DNA from: Asterias amurensis
Lineage: Eukaryota
NCBI RefSeq assembly: GCF_032118995.1
Contig: NC_092652.1
Span: 27,235,339 to 27,299,338, forward strand
DNA: 64,000 nucleotides
Direction: 5' to 3'
Each line of letters opens with the position of its first letter. The first letter of the stretch is position 1. Below, in pieces: positions 26,101-35,100 of this stretch. The notes under the pieces were generated by a model. It saw only the letters and a list, made by a program, of their open reading frames with translations, was not told the origin of the DNA and made no database searches. Position numbers and translations under genes: made by a program.

Positions 26101-29100
26101 CTCTGTTATCCCTTATTTCTGGCTCTATAAAGATTAAAATACAGGGGAGACAATTATGTGTCGGGCGACTTGCATAAACTATATTTTTTTAATTTTAAAA
26201 ACATGTATCTACTTTGGGTATTGTATCGAACAATTTTTTTAAATGAATGCACCATAAAAAATATTAGAATAAGATAAAATGTAACTTACTTCATAAATGT
26301 GTCATCACGCATGTAGAAAAACGCTTTGCCGACACAGCTCAAAGGATCACACAGCGCTGCATGCTGCATCTCCAGCTCAGTGATAGAGCGCCCTCTGGGG
26401 TATTCTTTAAGCCAATCAAACTCCTCAGTGTCTGGTGCTGTGTAGGTGCTCGGGCAGTAACCGTAGCGATCACCCAACATTCCAATGAAGTAGTCACAGC
26501 GAGAGACTTCAGTCAGACAAATCTCAATGGATCTTGGGAGTCCAAAATGAATTTGTTAATGATTTTTATTAATTGATTGGTTTATTTCACAAATAAAAGC
26601 TTCACAGCCTTAAGGAGGCTGAGTTGAGTTTTATTTTTACATCTTTAAAAAAAGTTAAAAATATAAATGTTAAAATGTACAACAATAAGACCATTTTATA
26701 GTTGTTTTCAAACCAAAATACTTGGATATAACAATATTTTGACAACAACGACAGCAACTCAGACATGGACAACAATGACATTAACAGATCAAAGTCTGTC
26801 TTGCCATTAACTTTACGAGTGATTACCAAATGAACACCTTCCCTTTAAATTGCTAAAATACCACATTTTTTGAAGGGAAGATGATTTGAATTTTTTCACG
26901 ATTTAGCCGAGTACGGAATTACACAAGAGACATCTTCTACATCATCTTACATTAAGATCTACAGATACTGTCCTAGAATGCACACCTGTTTTGTCTCGTC
27001 TCTTCTTCAGTTACGCCCCATCTTAGATCAACCTCATAGATGTTGAGAAATAGTTTCTTAGCTCTAGCACGCAGCTCTGGGAACACATATCGGGTCAAGA
27101 GGTCACGCTCTCCGTGCATGTCACGGAAGGTGGATGAGATGAAAACCCTGGCTGTTCTCCATCTGGAAGAAAGGTCAAAGATCAAAGGTCAAAAAAATAT
27201 AAATTACAGTGAAGATGATATAGGGCCAGGAGTAAGGGCTAAAAGAGTTTCTTCAAACCACCCTTGTTCAGGTTTTCTGTATTCAAGGCACTTTACACAT
27301 TAGGTAATTGCCAAGTATTCTCACTTGGTGTATCCCAAAATGAGCAATAACAAATCTGGACACAACTGGTCATCGAAGTTACAAGACAATAATGAAAGAA
27401 AAAAACACCGTTGTTACACAAATTATGTTTCCTTTTAGATGGCTGAGGTAGGCTTCATGCCTGAAGTTTGTGGCAGATTAAAATACTTTAGTGAGAAATT
27501 ATATCTTTCTCAAAAACTATGCTACTTCAGAGGAAGTCATTTCTCATAATGTTTTGTATTATCAACAGCTCTGTTTCTTGTTTCCAAGTAAGCTTTTATG
27601 CAAATATAAATTTTGAGTAATTACCAAACTAAGTTGTCCAGTGCCTTTAATTAAGTTAATTATGAATTAAGTAAATAAGATTATAGATTGATAATAGCGA
27701 CAAAGTTCATGAATAAAATACAAATGAACAACATTTTTTGCAATGCTTCTGACCTATGTAGTGGTGCAGCAAGGGGTAAGGGCTTCTCAGGAGCTCCTGA
27801 AGACTGTTTAGTGCATCCCACCGCTGCAACCTAAAAAAGATAATCCAATCCAAATAACATTTTTTTTAATATGAAATTAAGATTAATCAGGACAGGATTT
27901 GATCACATAACCACTAACCTATCATTTAAGTACTCTACCTTAAACTTCAAGTATGAAGACTTCAAAGCAAATTTAACATTTGCTTTGAAATGAATAAACC
28001 ATTTGCAAGTTAGATTTGAATAATTTCTGGTACAATGACTTGCTAAGTATTAATGTACCGCTTACATTTAGACAGTTGCTATGTCAAATGGTTTGGATTG
28101 CCAGACTTTCGAGTCGCTGTGCGGTTTTAAGTGCTGTTTTATTATTATAAATATTACTAAGGTCCTACCTGAAGCTCTCTGAGACCATACGCCTTATCAA
28201 TATTCTCAACATGATTCAACTGCCCACTGTCACCTCTTTCTGCTATGAATCTTAAGATGTTATCACTGTAACCCATCATTAAGATGTCATTAGGATGAGT
28301 GCTTTTCTTCTCACTGTAAGAAGGAAAAGGAGTATACTGTTATCAATTTCTAAGTCCAGCATTCTCCAGAAGATGGTCAGACTAACCGAAACATGAAGCA
28401 GAAACAGCTCTTCTCCGAGCTACAACCACTACTCACAAAAGAGATTTTTACATAGTGTCACCAAATTTTTACTTACTTATACATTTCTGGTAATGAATTA
28501 AGAGATGCCTCAAAATTTAACCTAGTCACTGTAGCTTACAATGCTGAGGAATCCTGTGAACAAGGGTGCTTTCTATGTGAACCAGAAACACCAGGGTTAA
28601 TCCCTACTTCTCCAGGATACGTGTTCTGGGTACAAGAATCCTAGTACACAGGATTTATGGCTTAATGTCCCATCTAATGGACAAAGCAATTATGGTAAGG
28701 TATCTTTGAAGAACACAAGCATTGTGACCGGCCAGGTCGGTATTCCAACCCACACTCTGTGAATAACAGAACTTGAACACTGTGCAATGTGCATTAGACC
28801 ATTCAGTCTCCAGTTGTTCTGGCGATCATAGTCGGTTTTCATAAATCATCTTTATAAAATTCCTTGCGATTTTACAAAGAGAAATAAACAGATTCTAGTA
28901 TTTATAAGTTATGCTCGGTGTTTTCCGAGTCCAGCGGGAATAACTTACATGCACAATATTGGGATGGGATTGGTTACGGTTTTGGCATAATAACATCAGT
29001 GTATAAGTCCTACGTGACGACTAACATTCTTACCTTCTATAATGGTATTTATCAAAATCCAAGCGCACAAACAGAAGGTTTGGATTAACAACCTGTCTGT

Positions 29101-32100
29101 ACTTGACGACAAAACTCTCCAGTTCTTCCCATCCTGTCCCCTCCTCGGTGTAATCTTGTCCTAGGATGATTAAGTTATCGATGTGGACGCGATCCCGGAG
29201 AGCATCGTAGAGAGATGTCATGCTCAGTTTGCTCGGTGGAGCAGTATAGTAGTTGACGTCATCCCCATCTACAGCCTGAAGTTTTTATAAAATGCATGAA
29301 TCTCAAAATTTACTCACATGGAATTTATTTCTAAAATTTTCAATCTCAAACAATACTTTAAACTGTTCAATATGTTCACAAATTTTGCAGGTTTAAAGCA
29401 ATAGAAAACAATACCTATGCAAGGTGGGTAGAGTGATAGTCATTGTCGTCCATTATCATGCAGCGATTAAGGTAACTTTTAGAGAAAAGAAAATTGTGTT
29501 TTTTTCTTTTTTTTCTTTTTTATCTAGCTTTGTTTTTGTACACAGAGCTTAGAGGCTGTTTTGCGGCAATACTGCCCTTGATAAGTTCCTTTATTTATAA
29601 CTACACAATTCTGAAAGTAGCACAGAAACACCAACTCTTCTTTGATTTACCTGAGCATATGCCACAACACTCTTGATATTATCTAAGATGGTACCCTTCT
29701 CCAGTTCAATGACCCTCTGGTTATTGACCCCATAAGCAGTCAGTAGACAATCCTCGCAGGAATGCTTACACATCAATCCTAGAAGGATGGCCATTTCTCT
29801 CAACTGTAAATAAACAAACAAAATCAAATATTCTCTTTACAAACAGGAAGTGAAGAAAATCTCACTTTAATCAAAGTGTCTGTAATGCGCTGTGCACGAT
29901 GCGTAATCCAAAATCCTATAAAAAACCTGCAAAATGAAGAAAAAATGCCAAGCAATTTACATAACTTTTAGGGATAATGAAGTAAGCACAATGGATACAT
30001 GGGATTGTGTGTTGCTTGGTGTGTACATGTACTGTCATGTTTACGCGTTGCCATAACGCACTGCCAGTGCATATATATTGCCATGCATTGTAAAAATGCT
30101 GTTAAAGATATAATGGGCATCTGAACTGCACAAGTGTCTTCTAAACTTCTCAATGCAGAGTAAAGGCCATGTCAGAATCAGTGACTGTGGCTTGATCGTC
30201 ACGTGAACAGGCAGTGAAGCTTATAGTCCCCATAGCAACAGTTGCAGCCATAGCCACAGTCGCCAAACATACTGAGAATTTGACTCAATCAAGATTTGTT
30301 GGTGGTCAATATTGGACACACTTTGAAAAGAAGTCAGAGTTTACAAACCTTTTCACAGTAAGATGAGCCAGTCCAGCCAAAGGTGTCCATCTTGGGTCCA
30401 ACATCACAGTAGATATAAGTCTTCCCACGGATTGGCTTGACATTGTGACGTGTGGAGATCTTTACTGCTGTATCCAAGGCTTTGCGATACCGAGACAGCA
30501 ACTCTTGTGTATATTTGATTTCCCTAAAAAAGGAATCCATTTCAATCTGTTAGTATTTGGTTTGCGGTAACACCATGTGTTTATCTACTTGCCAGGTAGA
30601 GTTTGTTCTTTAGCGAACTATCTTGCTATATATTCTACTACCACAGAGTAGATTGTTCTAAAAAGAACCGTCTTGCTATTTAACTACTACCTGGGTGGAA
30701 GTAGAAAATCGGCTGAGGTTATTAATACTGACAGTGTCTCATTAGCTTGGAGCTTGTGTGGCTCAAATTAAGTGAGAAGGGACACTAAGTTTCAAATTAG
30801 GCAGCTATGGTTTTTCAGAACGCAGTACGCCTTCGGCTAAGAGCACTGCATGAACACTTATTCACAGCTACAGATGTCTTGATCAGCCGTTTTAAACCTG
30901 ACTAAACAGTCATGTGACCTCCTTTTAACCAATAGGACTTCTTAATCAAACTGTGGTATATCAGTTATCGGACATAGTTTGTAAATTCTCAACTGAGTTT
31001 CATGTTAGTAATCGATTAACCTTATATCAATGATGCATACCAAAGCAGCATACCTTAAAGAGCCAAAAACATTTGCCGTACTTACTTTGGCTTTCCTACT
31101 TTTCGCTTTCCTTGTCCTGCACTTTGGCGTCCACCCCTTCCTCGACCACGACCTCGACCACGCCCTTGCTGGCCACCACGGCCACGCCCTCTACCAACAT
31201 TCACACTTGGCTCTGCCGGAGTTTCAACTTTGCACAAACAAAGAAAACATCATTCATGATAATTTGGTTTTGTCAGTCCTTTCATATTGATGGATATGCA
31301 GCAGTTTATTAGACAGATGATGAAAACAATAGTAGGCATTTATCAGGCACTTTTCAACATTGTATCAAAGAGCCTCACACTATTAATACAGCCTGTTCAT
31401 GCAGCACCAGTAGCTAAATTGAGGTTGATAATTATTCACATCAAATCTGTACCCTCACGTGCACTATGATATCCTAGGTGATGAGAAGCAATACTAGTCA
31501 AGTGTTTTGCCCCAGAACACATGTGTCTTTTTGATCAGGATTTTAACCCACACTCTGATAACTCAGCCTTTAGAACCTGATTTTCCAGACCACTCCACCA
31601 AGATGAGCAATGATATCCAATAATTCTGGCCAACTACATGTATCTCAACCAATGCACAATTTTAGAAAGATACATGGAAAACAGTTTCAAACAGTGATGC
31701 TATATAGACACTCAAGTAATCAACACTTACTTCCTTCGGATTGCTTCAGATTTAGTTCCATAGTGTCCAGTACGTCGTATGCTGAGAAGAAGCGTAATGG
31801 AAACTGCTTGCTGTTAATCACCGTTCGCTCATCGGTAAGTTTACGGATAATCCATGCCTGGTACTTGGGCCCGACACCGGCCACCGTCATGTTACGCAAG
31901 TTTCTCAGCATGGCCATAAACGGAAGCTTCTTATGATCTGTAATTTATAAGTTCAGAAAGATCCCAACAATAAGAATAATAATAATGGACATTTGTAAAG
32001 CGCCATATCAGTTAGATAGAAATACACTCCTGAAAAAGAACTTTGCTAATAATGGTACTTTAAGGAACTGGACCCTATTGGTAATTACTCAAAATAATTG

Positions 32101-35100
32101 TTAGCATACAAAATTACTTGGTAACGAGCAATGGAGAGCTGTTGATAGTATAAAACATTGTGAGAAACTGCTCCCTCTGAAGTAACATAGTTTTTGAGAA
32201 CGAAGTAATTTCTCACTCAAATAATTAAAGACCTCGGCTGAAGCCTTTTATTATGCATCCAAAGCACACAAAGTAATGCAACAAGGGCGTTCTTCTTTCA
32301 TTATTCTCTTGCAACTGCGATGTCCAGTTGAGCTCAAACTTTCACAGGTTTGTTATTTTATGCATGTTGGGATACACCAAGTGAGAATAATTTTCTTTGA
32401 CAATTACCAAAGTGGATGTTGAATGGAACAAAACAAACAAAAGGAATTCTTAAGAGTTTAAATAAACTTGTCTGACCTATAAGTTGCTCCCAAGTAGTGG
32501 CTTTGTTTCCTGTTAAAGATATCTGTGTTTCCCAGGTCTCTGGTGTTGGTAGTCTCATTCTCTTGCCAGCACGGTCTGGGTCCCAAGTACCTGGGAGGCG
32601 TGTCTTGTAGAAAGACTCCAGATCTTCTGGGTACCTGGTTATTACCAAAGAAAGAGGGTCAAAACACATCCCACAAAAAAACACCAACAAAACCCACAAA
32701 AAACAGACATATAATGTGATTTGAGGCATTGCATGGTGTATGTTTAAAACTATCAAGCGCCAGTGTTTTTCAGCGGAGAAAGACAGTAAATTGTCAAAAT
32801 TGTCATGCGCTTTTGATTACTTTTGTGTGAAGGGTGTTGGAATGTAAATCAGAAATTATTTACAAATCATTATAATTATCTAAGAAAGTTTCCTTAAGGT
32901 AAACCTAAATCTGACTTATTGAAGAAGTAAATGAAGAAGGGAATCTAACTTTTTGCCAATGAGGCCCATGACACTCTCTACTGGTTCCATGATGTGTAGT
33001 TTTCTAATGAGCTGCTTAAGAGTGTAATGATCACATAGATCGACATCATCATCGCTATCAGCATGGATGTCATCTTCAGCTTCTTCCTTCTTAGCTCCAC
33101 CCGTCTCATCCTCACTCCCTCCTTCCTCACCATCCCCGTCTCCGTCTGCCTCCTCATCATTCTCCTGTTGTGGTTTCTTCTTTTTGATGTATTTCTTCTT
33201 AGATGCCTTCTTTTTTGTCTTGTTGTATTTGCCTGTGAGATGAGATTTAGGGAAGTAGGATTTTAAAACTTTGCATTTTGCAAGTATAACTAGAGAGGTT
33301 TGCAAGAACACTATGTTAAAATCTCTTTTTAGTATAGGTTCTGAAAGAAACGGTGGTTAACTATCGACTCAACATTTCAATCAGTATGCTCTGATCGTCT
33401 TCAGGAGAATGCTGAGTAACATTTTGAAGTGCACTGTTTTTGTTTTATAACCACAACTGATCAGCAGGATCAGCAAAATCTGGGGGTCAAATATTCAGCC
33501 CCCTTTCCTTCCTGATAAACGGCATCCCCATGTTTTCTTAGTAACAAACATAGATCATATTTGAATTTGGTTTGACACAGATGTACCAAACTTGGACCAA
33601 GCTTTCTTGGATTCTATTCTCTTACCCAACTGATAAGTATCAAAGTCAGGAAACTTCGCAACCATCACTTTACGAAGAGCAGAAGGTAGCGATTTATAGC
33701 TCAGGTTTTTGTCGTGGAATGTCTGCGGAGAAAAGAAAGTACAAAATCTTTTAATACCAATATGAAAAACTGTTCTAATTGTGTTGCACCTTCAGAGTTT
33801 TTAGAGAAGCATCGGCTAAAAACACCCTCTCGCTCAGCTGACTGACTGATGCAAGGAAATTTGCCACTGAAAGCACCCCATGAGGTAAAAAAATATGGTC
33901 AAATCAAACTTACAAGATACAAGTCAGCTACAGATGCCCAATCAGATGGGAGAACGATGGACTTCTGGAAGTATTTCTTCATGTAAGGTCGACATTCACG
34001 ATGATTGGCAGCCAGGGCCAGCAGAAAGTTGGCAGCAGTTCGGATGTTTAATTCACGTCGAGTATACAAAGCAACCTACGAAGGGGAAATATGGAAGAAA
34101 TAAGGGTTAATTTAGGATGAAGAAATGAACAAATATGATTTGGTTTCTCTCTCTCTTTAGCAACTTTAGGGTGGTCGGGTTGGCTTCTTCTTATCATGTC
34201 CACACACACTAGATATTGTGTTTCAGCCAGAACTGGACACAGCTCCTAGCAAAATCGTACTCTGCAAGGTCCTCAATTTTGCATTCTTGCTCCAGTAGGG
34301 GCCATCTCAGGAGGTGCTCCATAGTTTGTGGCTCTGTCTCACATATACAGGTTGGCGTAGAAGTGTCTTTTCTCATCTTCCACCTCTAGGACCCCTGTGC
34401 AAATCCTGCAGGGGGCATTATGTGGATTGGGTTTTCATTCCCTACCATCTCACTGCATGTTTTCCTCCTACGTACATCTAAAACTAACACTTCCGTCTTT
34501 GTCATCTCCAGAGTTCTTGGCTAATAGGTGATTAAGTTCACTTTTCTAAAAGTCCCTGGCTTCACAACCAGAATTAATAACTAATGTTATGCCTCATAGT
34601 TTTCAGTTCTTCTACAGTAAAGATAAGTATTTCTTCTAATGAATATTATCTCTTGAAGTTTTAGTAAACCCTTTGAACCAACCTTAAGGATGAATTCAGG
34701 ATCTGATAGGATGACTGGGTTGGCTTCTTTAATCAGAGCTGTTCTTGTTGCATCCTTTCTTGATTCAAGATGAGGACTGTGAATTAATGCCGAGCTGATC
34801 ATGTTTATAAAGGATCTCTAATCGATGAGAAGGAAAGGAAGAAACAACTTATTTACTTCATTGAATCATTAGAATAAAAGTGGAAAATGTTCAAATAATG
34901 TTTTTTTTTCATTTCAATCTAAAAAAGAGTTGGGCCTACACGCAGAACAAAATGCTTTAGGCCTAGGCCTATATATTTGAATGAAATAACATTCAAATAC
35001 ATTTTCTTTTTTAAGTTTGAAAATGTGAAATGAAAAAAAGGAATGGCGAAATTGTAAAAGATCTAGCCTTGTTTTAATATTAGATTTGGAAGGGGTGGTT

